Below are positions 26,865 to 36,153 of a stretch of DNA of 64,000 nt, piece after piece; position 1 is the stretch's first letter, and the number at the start of each line of letters is the position of its first letter. The notes under the pieces are model-generated. The model did no database searches and was not told where the DNA came from. It saw only the letters and a program-made list of their open reading frames with translations. Source of the DNA: an uncultured Prevotellaceae bacterium (GTDB taxonomy: Bacteria > Bacteroidota > Bacteroidia > Bacteroidales > Muribaculaceae); NCBI GenBank assembly GCA_937916085.1, contig CALGGO010000060.1:1602-65601 (forward strand). The letters run 5' to 3'. Made by a program: the position numbers and the translations under genes.

Positions 26865-27539
26865 ATGACAGAGAGTTTTGGCATAGAAATATTGAAGCAC
26901 TTTGTCCTCGACGGCTGCGAGGTGAAAGTTGCCGATGTCACGCCGCTGGCGGCTCCAGGGGCGCTCGACGATGCCCTGCGGCGGCTGTCTAAGCAGCGCC
27001 GTGACAAGACGTTGCGCTACCGCTTTGAGCGAGGCAAGCTGCTCAGTGCCGGCGCGGGACTGCTGCTCGACAATATGCTCGCTAAATATGGCTTGCGTGA
27101 GCGAGATATGCGTTATATAGAAGGTGAGCATGGCAAGCCGGCAATTGAGGGGTATCCCGAGCTGCACTTCAGCCTCTCGCATAGTGGCAACTTTGTGGCA
27201 TGCGCCATTGGCGAGATGCCTGTGGGCGTGGATGTGCAGACCATCGTCACCGCTCGCGACAGCCTCGTAAACTACACCACAAGTGAGAGCGAGAAGGCGA
27301 AGCTGCAATCTCTTGAAGCCCCTGCCGAGCGAAACGCCTATTTCACCCAGCTATGGACCCTCAAAGAATGCTACGTCAAGGCCACCGGCACAGGGCTTGG
27401 GCACGACTTCCCGTCGTTTGAGATTGTTGCCAATGAGGTTAAGGCCTTGTCGTCGCTCGTTCCCCCAGCCCGCTTTTTTACCTTCTCTCTTGACGGCGCA
27501 CGAGGAGCAGTGGCTATGATTGATGCAAAAAAATATTAA
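26865..27539 (+). CDS. Sfp-type 4'-phosphopantetheinyl transferase
   Basis: 224 aa. GKPAIEG, FSLSHSGNFVACAI, VGVDVQ and WTLKECYVKATGTG motifs. Confidence 0.8.
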   Translation: MTESFGIEILKHFVLDGCEVKVADVTPLAAPGALDDALRRLSKQRRDKTLRYRFERGKLLSAGAGLLLDNMLAKYGLRERDMRYIEGEHGKPAIEGYPELHFSLSHSGNFVACAIGEMPVGVDVQTIVTARDSLVNYTTSESEKAKLQSLEAPAERNAYFTQLWTLKECYVKATGTGLGHDFPSFEIVANEVKALSSLVPPARFFTFSLDGARGAVAMIDAKKY

Positions 27540-27579
27540 GTTTTTAAGGATAAAAGTCCTGATTTCTTGCAATAATAGT

Positions 27580-27587
27580 TATCTTTG
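27580..27587 (+). promoter_or_regulatory. Bacteroidota -7 box candidate (TATCTTTG)
   Basis: Exact TAnnTTTG match, 15-21 nt upstream of the ATGs at 27602 and 27608. Confidence 0.4.
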
Positions 27588-27601
27588 TAATTCAAAATAA
27601 T

Positions 27602-28435
27602 GTGCTCATGGAATCACAGCCAGTAAGAATAGACGTTGATAGCGTGATAAGGCAGCGCCTGCCTCGTCACTACAGGTATATTCCACGGTTTATTATAAGG
27701 TGGCTGGAGCGCATCATCAAGCAGGATGAGCTGAACAAGATTCTCACCGACATGAGCGCCGAGAAAGGTGTAGGAGCTGCCGACATCGCTCTCGCCGACC
27801 TCAACGTGGCGTATAATGCCATAGATGAGGACAATATTCCCGACGAGGGGCGATTTATCTTTGCCAGCAACCATCCGTTGGGAGGGCTCGACGGCATGGC
27901 GCTGATTTCACTGATAGGCCACCATTATGGCGGCGACAACATCAAGTTTATCGTCAACGACCTGCTCATGGCTGTCAAGCCCCTCGACACCGTGTTCATG
28001 CCCGTCAATAAGCATGGCAGGCAGTCGCGCCAGAGCGCGCAGGAGATAGAGGCCGAATACAACGGCGACAAGCAGATGATCACCTTCCCTGCCGGGCTGT
28101 GCTCCCGCAAGCTCAAGGGCGGCAAGATTGGCGACCTGCGGTGGCAGAAGTTTGTCGTCTCACAAGCCATCAGCAGCCAGCGCGACATTATACCGGTGTA
28201 TTTCGACGGTCGCAACAGCAAGTTTTTCTACCGCTTCGCCAAGCTCCGTGAACGGCTGGGCATCAAGTTCAATATCGAGATGATTTTCCTGCCGCGCGAG
28301 ATGTTCAAGTGTTCGGGACAGAAGTTTGACGTGTATTTTGGCTCGCCCATAAAATGGCAGGATCTCGATGCCAAGAATGTGCGTGGCGAGGCCGAGAGAA
28401 TACGTGAATTGGTATATACTCTGAAAAAATCCTAA
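27602..28435 (+). CDS. glsA: Lysophospholipid/1-acylglycerol-3-phosphate-type O-acyltransferase (glycine-lipid GlsA-like)
   Basis: 277 aa. Acyltransferase HX4D-type box FASNHPLGGLDG and FPAGLCSR. Adjacent to an OlsB-like N-acyltransferase, as in the Bacteroides glycine-lipid locus. Confidence 0.6.
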   Translation: MLMESQPVRIDVDSVIRQRLPRHYRYIPRFIIRWLERIIKQDELNKILTDMSAEKGVGAADIALADLNVAYNAIDEDNIPDEGRFIFASNHPLGGLDGMALISLIGHHYGGDNIKFIVNDLLMAVKPLDTVFMPVNKHGRQSRQSAQEIEAEYNGDKQMITFPAGLCSRKLKGGKIGDLRWQKFVVSQAISSQRDIIPVYFDGRNSKFFYRFAKLRERLGIKFNIEMIFLPREMFKCSGQKFDVYFGSPIKWQDLDAKNVRGEAERIRELVYTLKKS

Positions 28436-28441
28436 TGTGAT

Positions 28442-29371
28442 ATGGTACAGGATATTATTGACAAGGTTGATGTCAAGCTCATCACTCAGGAACTGACTCC
28501 AGAGCGACTGTTGCGCACCACCAACAAGGCGGGCAACGAGATTTATGTAGTTGATGCTCACAACTCACCACACGTCATGCGCGAGATAGGTCGCCTCAGA
28601 GAGGTGGCGTTTCGTCAGGCGGGCGGCGGCACTGGCAAGGACTGCGACATCGATGAGTTTGACCTCATGGAGCCGGCGTGCCAGCAGCTGCTGGTGTGGA
28701 ATCCCGACGCTCAGGAGATAATAGGCGCCTATCGTTACATCGTGGGCAAGAATATGCGCTTCAACGAGGATGGCACCCCTAACATCGCCATGTCGCACAT
28801 GTTCCATTTCTCGCAACAGTTCCTAGAGGACTATCTGCCCTATACCATTGAGCTGGGACGCTCGTTTGTAAGACCCGAATACCAGTCTAGCCGAGTGGGA
28901 GCAAAAGGCATCTTCGCCCTCGACAACCTGTGGGACGGATTGGGGGCATTGACTATCATTAATCCCGAAATCAAGTACCTCTTTGGCAAGATGACGATGT
29001 ACACCAACTATCCCGTTGACTGCCGCAACCTGCTGCTGAGCTTTCTGTACCTCTATTTCCCTGACCATGACAAACTTGTGACTCCCATCACGCCCCTCAA
29101 CATAGGTAGCGACATGAAAAAACTGGCTTCTTTCTTCGAGGGCAATAATTTCAAGAAAGACTATCTGCTCCTCAACAGCTACATCCGCAGCAAGAACATC
29201 AACATCCCGCCGCTCATCAGCGCCTACATGAGTCTCTCGCCCACCATGCGCATGCTAGGCACCGCCATCAACCACGAGTTTGGCGACGTGGAAGAGAGCG
29301 GCATCCTCATCAGTATCGATGAAATCACCGACTCCAAAAAAAGCCGTCACATCGACACCTTCGTGGGGTGA
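28442..29371 (+). CDS. glsB: GNAT-fold OlsB-like N-acyltransferase ('hemolysin-like'; glycine-lipid GlsB-like)
   Basis: 309 aa. REVAFRQAGGGTGKDCDIDEFD...YRYIVG...ELGRSFV is the pattern of OlsB/GlsB-type lipid N-acyltransferases. Confidence 0.6.
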   Translation: MVQDIIDKVDVKLITQELTPERLLRTTNKAGNEIYVVDAHNSPHVMREIGRLREVAFRQAGGGTGKDCDIDEFDLMEPACQQLLVWNPDAQEIIGAYRYIVGKNMRFNEDGTPNIAMSHMFHFSQQFLEDYLPYTIELGRSFVRPEYQSSRVGAKGIFALDNLWDGLGALTIINPEIKYLFGKMTMYTNYPVDCRNLLLSFLYLYFPDHDKLVTPITPLNIGSDMKKLASFFEGNNFKKDYLLLNSYIRSKNINIPPLISAYMSLSPTMRMLGTAINHEFGDVEESGILISIDEITDSKKSRHIDTFVG

Positions 29372-29428
29372 GAGACCAGTCAAGGATAAACAATAGAGGC
29401 TTTGTCAAAATGTTGAATCTAATGAAAA

Positions 29429-29453
29429 CTCCCCCTCTATCTTAGAGGGGGAG
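29429..29453. terminator. Hairpin between convergent genes (candidate bidirectional terminator)
   Basis: ctccccctct-atctt-agagggggag forms a 10-bp perfect stem. The T-run is only on the minus-strand side (agttttc). Confidence 0.5.
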
Positions 29454-29520
29454 CTGCTAACGCAATGATTATCAAGTAACAAATTCTTCGAACTCACGTT
29501 GTTACTACTAGGCAAGTGGC

Positions 29521-29874
29521 TTATTGTCTAGACTTTATCAGGGAGTAGAGTACACCTATGTAGATGAGCAATATCAGTCCCAGCACGATGAAGTAGATCG
29601 TGAGCTTGCTTGGCGTGCTGAAGCACACGATGAAATTCACTATGAGCACCAATACTGCGAAAATAGTGCTCACTAAGCGCAAATTGACATTGAGGGGGCT
29701 GTTGTCGGTCCTGATGGCAAGTATGGGAAGCAGTGTCACGGCAAGCGAGACACCAGTAGCGATGCCAATGACAGTGTCGTTTCTCGACTCGCACAGTGTG
29801 CCCACCAGCAATCCTATCAATGCCGCCACGGCTACCGCGATGATTGCGGGTATCAAGTTCACGTTGGTTTTCAT
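29521..29874 (-). CDS. Small integral membrane protein (about 4 TM), hypothetical
   Basis: 117 aa, almost entirely hydrophobic helices. Last gene of the GYF/SPFH operon, starting 5 nt after the upstream stop. Confidence 0.5.
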   Translation of the reverse strand: MKTNVNLIPAIIAVAVAALIGLLVGTLCESRNDTVIGIATGVSLAVTLLPILAIRTDNSPLNVNLRLVSTIFAVLVLIVNFIVCFSTPSKLTIYFIVLGLILLIYIGVLYSLIKSRQ

Positions 29875-29879
29875 AATGC

Positions 29880-30239
29880 TCAGCTATTCATTGGAGGTGG
29901 TGTCAAAGCTATAATCTTAAGAATCTCAGGCACTTGCTCTATGGGTTTCCAGGCAGGCATGTCCGGCATCCATGCGAGGGTGTCTTTGTTGATGCGTCGG
30001 TTATTGACAAGGGAGATAATCTCGCTCTCGTTGAGCGGACCCACCTGCTGGCCGTCGATGCCTAGATAGATGATGTTAGACTGTTGCTGTGGTCTAGGTT
30101 GTGGCATAGACTGTATAGAGCCAGGGACATACATTTGCTGCATGCTCTGGTTCATCATTTTCACCATCTGTTGTGCCATTGACATACCCATGCCAAACTC
30201 AACGAGGCGATCTACCGAAAAGAAATTGTTGTCGTTCAT
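29880..30239 (-). CDS. GYF_2 (DUF4339) domain protein
   Basis: 119 aa. IYLGIDGQQVGPLNESEIISLVNNRRINKDTLAWMPDMPAWKPIEQVPEI matches the GYF_2 pattern. Confidence 0.65.
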   Translation of the reverse strand: MNDNNFFSVDRLVEFGMGMSMAQQMVKMMNQSMQQMYVPGSIQSMPQPRPQQQSNIIYLGIDGQQVGPLNESEIISLVNNRRINKDTLAWMPDMPAWKPIEQVPEILKIIALTPPPMNS

Positions 30240-30269
30240 AATATTTGAGTTTTTGTTTGTTGTTGTGAT

Positions 30270-30983
30270 TTACACTATAGGCATCTGTGGCATTGACGGC
30301 CCAAAGAGTTTTGCCAGCTCTTCAACATTGCCGGCGGTTTGCCACTCGGGCATGCCTTCGCACCACACCCACATCTGCTGGGTGAACTCGCCGGTCTGCG
30401 CAAAATGCTGCAGCTGCTGCGTGGTGAACGGTCCCACCATCTGGTTGTTGAGGTTCACATAGTAGGCGTTTTGCTGTGGCATAGGCGGCGCGGCGGGAGC
30501 AGCTTGAGCTTGCGGTGCCGGTTGTTGGGCTTGTGCCTGTGGTGCACTCTGCGGCGAGAAGATGTGTTCCATCATCTCCACTTGCCCTGCCGGTTTCCAC
30601 TCGGTCATGCCTTCTTTCCACACCATGGTGGTAGCACTGGCGAGGTCGTTATCTACCAGTCGCTTGAACTGTATCTCGTTGTAAGGCCCGTGCTTCACGC
30701 CCTCGATGATAGCATAGAACGAGAAAACAGGGGCTGCTGGTGCCGCAGTGCTCACTGCCGGCGCTGGTGGCGGAGTGCCCTGTGGCATTTGTGGATAGCC
30801 TTGAGGATAAGCTGCGGGATAGGGCTGGTTATTGTTCATGCCTCGCATCATAGCCGCCCCTGCCAGTCCGGCAGCGACGGCGGTGCCTATGTTGCCTGCT
30901 GTTCTCGCAAGCTTCCTGCCGTTGGTCAGCTCATCGGTGGCATCCTCGATAATGCCTTTGGCGATATCTAGTATAAAACCCAT
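30270..30983 (-). CDS. Protein with two GYF_2 (DUF4339) domains and Pro/Ala/Gln-rich linkers
   Basis: 237 aa. Two modules: FYAIIEGVKHGPYNEIQFKRLV...MVWKEGMTEWKPAGQVEMM and YYVNLNNQMVGPFTTQQLQHF...WVWCEGMPEWQTAGNVEEL. Confidence 0.65.
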   Translation of the reverse strand: MGFILDIAKGIIEDATDELTNGRKLARTAGNIGTAVAAGLAGAAMMRGMNNNQPYPAAYPQGYPQMPQGTPPPAPAVSTAAPAAPVFSFYAIIEGVKHGPYNEIQFKRLVDNDLASATTMVWKEGMTEWKPAGQVEMMEHIFSPQSAPQAQAQQPAPQAQAAPAAPPMPQQNAYYVNLNNQMVGPFTTQQLQHFAQTGEFTQQMWVWCEGMPEWQTAGNVEELAKLFGPSMPQMPIV

Positions 30984-31027
30984 TTCTGCTTGATTAATGA
31001 AAAGTTGTTACTGAATTACAGCAAGGT

Positions 31028-32371
31028 TCATTCAGGCATTTGTGGCATTGGTGGCATAGCGGGAGCAAAGAGGTTTTGCAGCTCTTCGACCTGTCCTGCG
31101 TGTATCCATTGTGGCATGCCTTGCTTCCACACATAGCTCTGTGCCGTCACTTGTCCACTCTGTACCATCTGCATGAGCTGCTGCACCGAGAATGGTCCTG
31201 CCTGCTGGTTGTTGATATTGACGAAGTACATCGACTGCGGCATAGCCGGTGGCTGCTGCATGCCCATCTGCGCGTTCTGGCCCATCTGGCCCATCATGCC
31301 GCCCATCTGCTGGCCCATAGCGCCGCCCATTGCCATGCCAACCATCATTCCAGCGGGGTTCATGCCGCCACCCATGCCGCCACCCATGTTGCCCATGGTT
31401 CCAAGGCTTGCCATGCCGGTCTTGAGCACTTCGGCCTGCTGGTCGAGGGCGTGGGTGCCAATGAAGTTGGTCTCGGTCTGTAGTCTCTGTGCGCGTTGTG
31501 CCTCTTCGCGCTGTATGCGCAGCGTCTCTTCCATGTTCTCGCGGTTGAGGGCTTGCATATCTTTCATGTTCTGGATGTTGATGTCGGTCTGCGCATTCAT
31601 CGTGCGGCCTGTGTTGCCGGCGGTGAGCTGGCGCAGCTCCTTGTAGTAGGGACTGTCTTTGTCAACATCTATGGCATCGATATCTACTGCCTTGAGGTTC
31701 ACGCCGAAGTCTTCTCCGAGCCTGTTGCGGAGCTTCGACTCCACGCGCTCGTTGATGGTGTCGATTTTGCGCTCCATCTGCACCAGTGGTATGCCAGCCT
31801 CATCAGGGAGGTTCATGATGATGCCCTTCACGCAGCGTGCCACAGCAGCTTGAATCTGGTTGCTGAACTGGCTAAGGTTGAAATTGACGAGGCGGTTGAG
31901 CTTGATGAACGAGCGATAGTCGGTGAGGTTAAAGGTGATGGTGCCTCGCACCGCCACGGGCACGCCGTGGTCGGGCAAGCGCGGGTCGAAGACATCAAAA
32001 TAGGGCACTCCAAATCTCACTTGGTTGTTGCCTTGCAGGTTGATGAAATAGACTTCGGCCTGGAATGGCGAGTTGCCACCGAACGCCAAGCCCACGATGC
32101 TCGCCAGCACGGGGAAGTTGGCGGTCTTGATAGTGTCGTCGAAGGGACCCATGATAAAGTCCTGCATGGTGCCGTCCTTCTGCTTATATACAAAGACCGC
32201 GAGCTCGCCATCTTTCACCCTGAGACTGCTGCCGTAGCGTATGCTGTTCTCACGACTTGTGGTGTTGGCCTCCTGTCCTAGCGGGGTCCACTTCCACACG
32301 AGGTAATTTACTTCGTCGCAGCGTATTACGTTCATCGCACCGCCGCTTTTTCCTTTTCCAAATACTCCCAT
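31028..32371 (-). CDS. YdjI-like SPFH-domain protein (COG4260-type) with Met/Gly/Gln-rich linker and C-terminal GYF_2 domain
   Basis: 447 aa. VIRCDEVNYLVWKW..., SSLRVKDGELAVFVY and GGNSPFQAEVYFINL match the YdjI/'T7 gp14-like' SPFH family. The C-terminus is YFVNINNQQAGPFSVQQLMQMV...YVWKQGMPQWIHAGQVEEL. Confidence 0.65.
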   Translation of the reverse strand: MGVFGKGKSGGAMNVIRCDEVNYLVWKWTPLGQEANTTSRENSIRYGSSLRVKDGELAVFVYKQKDGTMQDFIMGPFDDTIKTANFPVLASIVGLAFGGNSPFQAEVYFINLQGNNQVRFGVPYFDVFDPRLPDHGVPVAVRGTITFNLTDYRSFIKLNRLVNFNLSQFSNQIQAAVARCVKGIIMNLPDEAGIPLVQMERKIDTINERVESKLRNRLGEDFGVNLKAVDIDAIDVDKDSPYYKELRQLTAGNTGRTMNAQTDINIQNMKDMQALNRENMEETLRIQREEAQRAQRLQTETNFIGTHALDQQAEVLKTGMASLGTMGNMGGGMGGGMNPAGMMVGMAMGGAMGQQMGGMMGQMGQNAQMGMQQPPAMPQSMYFVNINNQQAGPFSVQQLMQMVQSGQVTAQSYVWKQGMPQWIHAGQVEELQNLFAPAMPPMPQMPE

Positions 32372-32377
32372 ATCACT

Positions 32378-33172
32378 TTATTTATTAAGTTTCAATTCTT
32401 TTTCTATATCTCTGATGGTGTTCATCGCGCTGGCGTCTTCCCTAAGGATGAATTTGGCCTTGGTTATCACCTGCTCGCACTTATTGCGCCACACCTCAGC
32501 CATCTTGTTCTGGTCGCGGATGGGCTCCACTTTCTTTTTCAGAGCAAAATGCCCTATCAATGCCGCTGGCACTCCAAAGAAAATTCCGAGCACCACACCT
32601 CCACCTGCCGCTTCGGCTAACGACTCGCCATTGGTGACGGTAAGCAGTCCTAAAATGAAGAATATCACAAACACTATCAAGCCCATTGTCAATGCCGGTC
32701 CCAGAGTGCCCAGGAAGCTTTTTTTCTTCTTGGCGTTAGGGGCGGCAAGGAACAGAAACTCCATAATATCTTCTTTGGTGGTGGGTACCGGGAAGCTTGT
32801 GATGGCGTTTTTTATTCTCGCTTGGCGTTTCTCTTTTATCAACTCGGTGGCACTGATCTCGTTAATCATGTCAGAGAGCTTCTGCACCGATTTTGTGGCG
32901 CCCACGTTGGTGATTTCGGTGCCGCACTGCGGGCAGCGAGTCTGCATATAAGAGATGATGGCACCGCAGGCGGGGCATTTCCTCACCTTGGCGACAGCAC
33001 CCTGGGCGTCAATCTGCATCTGCTGAAGCCGCGAGTTTATGTAGATATCTACTTCGTCGGGGTCGTAGCCCTCGAGCAGCGCGCGCTTCTTGATAACAGC
33101 GCGTTCCTGATCGGTAATCACGCCGTCGGTTAAAGAAGCGTCTATCAAACTGTTAAGTTCGGGAGATAACAT
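32378..33172 (-). CDS. Zinc-ribbon membrane protein, hypothetical (YdjG-like position)
   Basis: 264 aa. CPACGAIISYMQTRCPQCG zinc ribbon and two hydrophobic helices (TLGPALTMGLIVFVIFFILGLL, GGVVLGIFFGVPAALIGHFAL). First gene of the operon. Confidence 0.55.
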   Translation of the reverse strand: MLSPELNSLIDASLTDGVITDQERAVIKKRALLEGYDPDEVDIYINSRLQQMQIDAQGAVAKVRKCPACGAIISYMQTRCPQCGTEITNVGATKSVQKLSDMINEISATELIKEKRQARIKNAITSFPVPTTKEDIMEFLFLAAPNAKKKKSFLGTLGPALTMGLIVFVIFFILGLLTVTNGESLAEAAGGGVVLGIFFGVPAALIGHFALKKKVEPIRDQNKMAEVWRNKCEQVITKAKFILREDASAMNTIRDIEKELKLNK

Positions 33173-33255
33173 AGCTTTTATCGTTTTTTATAGGAACGAG
33201 GCGTGCCTCGTCAGTTATTTTGAGAAAAAATATTACATAACACACGATTAATTTG

Positions 33256-33263
33256 CAAAAATA
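33256..33263 (-). promoter_or_regulatory. Bacteroidota -7 box candidate (minus strand TATTTTTG)
   Basis: The plus strand reads caaaaata, 84 nt upstream of the start at 33172. A hairpin acgaggc-gtg-cctcgt (about 33195-33213) lies in the putative leader. Confidence 0.35.
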
Positions 33264-33564
33264 CAAAAAAAATGGTTTTAAACAATAGCCGATCTTTATT
33301 TTAACGAAAAAAGCCAAGCAATAATGCTCTTTTTCTTTGTCATTAAGCAAAAGACGTGCCAAAAGTGAGAACTAACAAAAGACTAATGGTGGCATATTGA
33401 AATATTTACTGTAAAATAGTTTTTTTAACATTAGTAGACTTGATTTTTGCTCGTTTTGATGTTTATCTTTGCATTAAAAACTCAAATTATTTTTACGTCA
33501 TTATTAAGTAATGTGAACGAAAATGATTATTTTTGCAATTTAATAATACTTTATCTCACTATTC

Positions 33565-33732
33565 ATGGCAAAAGAAAAAGAAATCCCAAACTATAATACA
33601 TTTTCAGATATAATTGCAGCAGAGTCAATTATTCCAATAATGTTCCCTGCTGAACGTGAGACAAATGGTTCATTAAGAGTGCTATCTTTGTTCTCGGGTT
33701 GTGGCGGTATGGATCTAGGTTTTTGCATATGA
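33565..33732 (+). pseudogene. N-terminal fragment of a C5-cytosine DNA methyltransferase (ends just after motif I)
   Basis: The 55-codon ORF MAKEKEIPNY...LRVLSLFSGCGGMDLGFCI* contains the Dcm motif I (FSGCGG.DLGF), then stops. A TATTTTTG box at 33528-33535 is retained. Confidence 0.55.
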
Positions 33733-33890
33733 TAATTTTTGATAATATGATTGTTAATAGTGAATATCACCAGTGGTTTGTTGCGCTGAAGAATAGTATT
33801 CGTCAGTGTCAAATTAAAGCGGCATTGAACGTCAATAGGGAACTCCTTTCATTGTATTGGCAATTAGGAAAAGAGATTGTGTTAATTTCG
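33729..33890 (+). pseudogene. N-terminal fragment resembling DUF1016/YhcG (PDDEXK nuclease family)
   Basis: YHQWFVALKNSIRQCQIKAALNVNRELLSLYWQLGKEIV matches the conserved DUF1016 N-terminus. The frame then degenerates. Its ATG overlaps the preceding TGA (ATGA). Confidence 0.4.
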
Positions 33891-34049
33891 TGGGTTGCGA
33901 GTTGGCGTTGTCTTGGCAATCTATGGGCAAGGTAGAAAGGTATTTGTTTGCCAAGACTGCGAGAACTTGTTATGTTGCCAAGTGACCGAGTTGGGCATGA
34001 TAGACCTCGGAAAAAACCAAACAATTTTGTTTTTTCACTCAACTTGCAC

Positions 34050-34057
34050 TAATTTTG
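34050..34057 (+). promoter_or_regulatory. Bacteroidota -7 box candidate (TAATTTTG) for metG
   Basis: TAnnTTTG match, 34 nt upstream of the ATG at 34091. Confidence 0.45.
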
Positions 34058-34090
34058 CAAAAAATTTCACAAAAACAGAAGATATAAGTT

Positions 34091-36136
34091 ATGGAAGAGA
34101 AGAAGAAATATGCACGCACTCTCGTGACAACGGCGTTGCCTTACGCCAACGGCCCAGTCCACATTGGTCACCTGGCCGGAGTTTATGTACCTGCCGACAT
34201 CTACGTCCGCTATCTGCGCCTCAAGGGCGAGGACGTGATAATGATTGGCGGCAGCGACGAGCACGGCGTGCCCATTACCATCAAAGCACAGAAGGAAGGT
34301 GTTACACCACAAGACATTGTTGACCGCTATCACAAGATAATAAAGGACTCGATGGAAGGGTTGGGCATCTCGTTCGACATCTATGGCCGCACCACCAGCG
34401 AGACGCACCGCAAGACCGCCAGCGAGTTTTTCAAGACGCTCTACGACAAGGGAGAGTTCATTGAGAAGACCAGTATGCAGTTCTATGACGAGGAGGCCGA
34501 CCAGTGGCTAGCCGACCGTTATATCACCGGCACCTGCCCGCACTGCGGCAACGAGGGAGCCTACGGCGACCAGTGCGAGGTGTGCGGCACGTCGCTCAAC
34601 GCCACCGACTTGATTAATCCCAAGAGTGCCATCACCGGCAACGTGCCAGTGCTCAAGGAGACCAAGCATTGGTACATGCCTCTCGACAAGTGGGAGCCTC
34701 GTCTGCGCCAGTGGATTCTCGAGGAGCACAAGGAATGGAAGACCAACGTCTATGGCCAGTGCAAGTCGTGGCTCGACGCCGGGCTGCAGCCCCGTGCCGT
34801 GACGCGTGACCTCGACTGGGGAATCCCCGTGCCTATCGAGGGTGCCGAGGGAAAGGTGCTTTATGTGTGGTTTGACGCGCCTATTGGCTACATCAGCAAC
34901 ACTATAGATTTGCTGCCAGAAGACTGGGAGAAATACTGGAAAGACCCCGATTCTCGCATCATTCACTTCATAGGCAAGGACAACATTGTGTTCCACTGCC
35001 TTATCTTCCCTGCTATGCTTATGGCGGAGGGCTCTTACCAGATACCCGATAATGTGCCTGCCAACGAGTTCCTCAACCTCGAGGACGACAAGATTTCTAC
35101 CAGCCGCAACTGGGCGGTGTGGCTGCATGAGTATCTCGAGGACTTCCCCGGCAAGCAGGACGTGCTGCGTTATGTGCTCACTGCCAATGCTCCCGAGACC
35201 AAAGACAACAACTTCACTTGGAAAGACTTCCAGGACCGCAACAACAACGAGCTGGTGGCTATCTTGGGCAACTTCGTGAACCGTGCCATCGTATTGACCA
35301 ACAAATACTTCGACGGCGTGATTCCCGAGGCGCATGAGCTCACCGACTACGACCGCGCCACCATCGAGGAGTTTAAGGGCGTGAAAGACGAACTTGGCAA
35401 GGCTCTCGACACCTTCCATTTCCGCGCCGCTCTCGCCGAGGCGATGAAACTGGCGCGCATCGGTAACAAGTATCTTGCCGACACCGAGCCTTGGAAACTC
35501 GCTAAGACCGACATGGCGCGCGTGGAGACTATCATGAACATTGCTTTGCAAATCACCGCCAATCTCGCCATCGCCTTCGAGCCATTCCTGCCCTTCAGCG
35601 CCGAGAAGCTGCGCAAGATGATAAATCTTGAGAGTGCCGACTGGAACAAACTCGGCTCTATCGACATCCTCAGTGCCGGTGACCGTGTTGAAAAGCCTGT
35701 ACTGCTCTTCGAGAAAATCGATGACGAGACTATCAAGGTTCAGACCGACCGCCTAGAGCGCATCAAGCAGGAGAATATCCTCAAGAACTTCACGCCTAAG
35801 GCCGTGGCGCCTACAGTGTCGTTCGACGACTTCCAGAAACTCGACATACGCGTGGGCAAGGTGCTCACCTGCGAGAAGGTGAAGAAAGCCGACAAGCTTC
35901 TCAAGTTCACCATCGACGACGGCATGAAGGGACGCACCATTGTTTCGGGTATCGCCAAGTTTTACAACCCCGAGGACCTCGTGGGCAAGGAAGTGTGCTT
36001 CATCGCCAACTTCGCACCCCGCACCCTCAAGGGCATTGAGTCGCAAGGCATGATTCTCAGCGCCGAGGACGCCGACGGCCGCCTAGTGGTCATTGGCCCC
36101 CACGGAGAAGTCCGCCCCGGCGTGCAAGTGGGATAA
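34091..36136 (+). CDS. metG: Methionine--tRNA ligase (with C-terminal tRNA-binding/EMAP-like domain)
   Basis: 681 aa. [12 protein letters not shown] (HIGH), the zinc knuckle [25 protein letters not shown] (KMSKS-type) and a C-terminal LDIRVGKVL...GIESQGMIL domain. Confidence 0.95.
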   Translation: MEEKKKYARTLVTTALPYANGPVHIGHLAGVYVPADIYVRYLRLKGEDVIMIGGSDEHGVPITIKAQKEGVTPQDIVDRYHKIIKDSMEGLGISFDIYGRTTSETHRKTASEFFKTLYDKGEFIEKTSMQFYDEEADQWLADRYITGTCPHCGNEGAYGDQCEVCGTSLNATDLINPKSAITGNVPVLKETKHWYMPLDKWEPRLRQWILEEHKEWKTNVYGQCKSWLDAGLQPRAVTRDLDWGIPVPIEGAEGKVLYVWFDAPIGYISNTIDLLPEDWEKYWKDPDSRIIHFIGKDNIVFHCLIFPAMLMAEGSYQIPDNVPANEFLNLEDDKISTSRNWAVWLHEYLEDFPGKQDVLRYVLTANAPETKDNNFTWKDFQDRNNNELVAILGNFVNRAIVLTNKYFDGVIPEAHELTDYDRATIEEFKGVKDELGKALDTFHFRAALAEAMKLARIGNKYLADTEPWKLAKTDMARVETIMNIALQITANLAIAFEPFLPFSAEKLRKMINLESADWNKLGSIDILSAGDRVEKPVLLFEKIDDETIKVQTDRLERIKQENILKNFTPKAVAPTVSFDDFQKLDIRVGKVLTCEKVKKADKLLKFTIDDGMKGRTIVSGIAKFYNPEDLVGKEVCFIANFAPRTLKGIESQGMILSAEDADGRLVVIGPHGEVRPGVQVG

Positions 36137-36153
36137 CATCAATGCACAATTAA

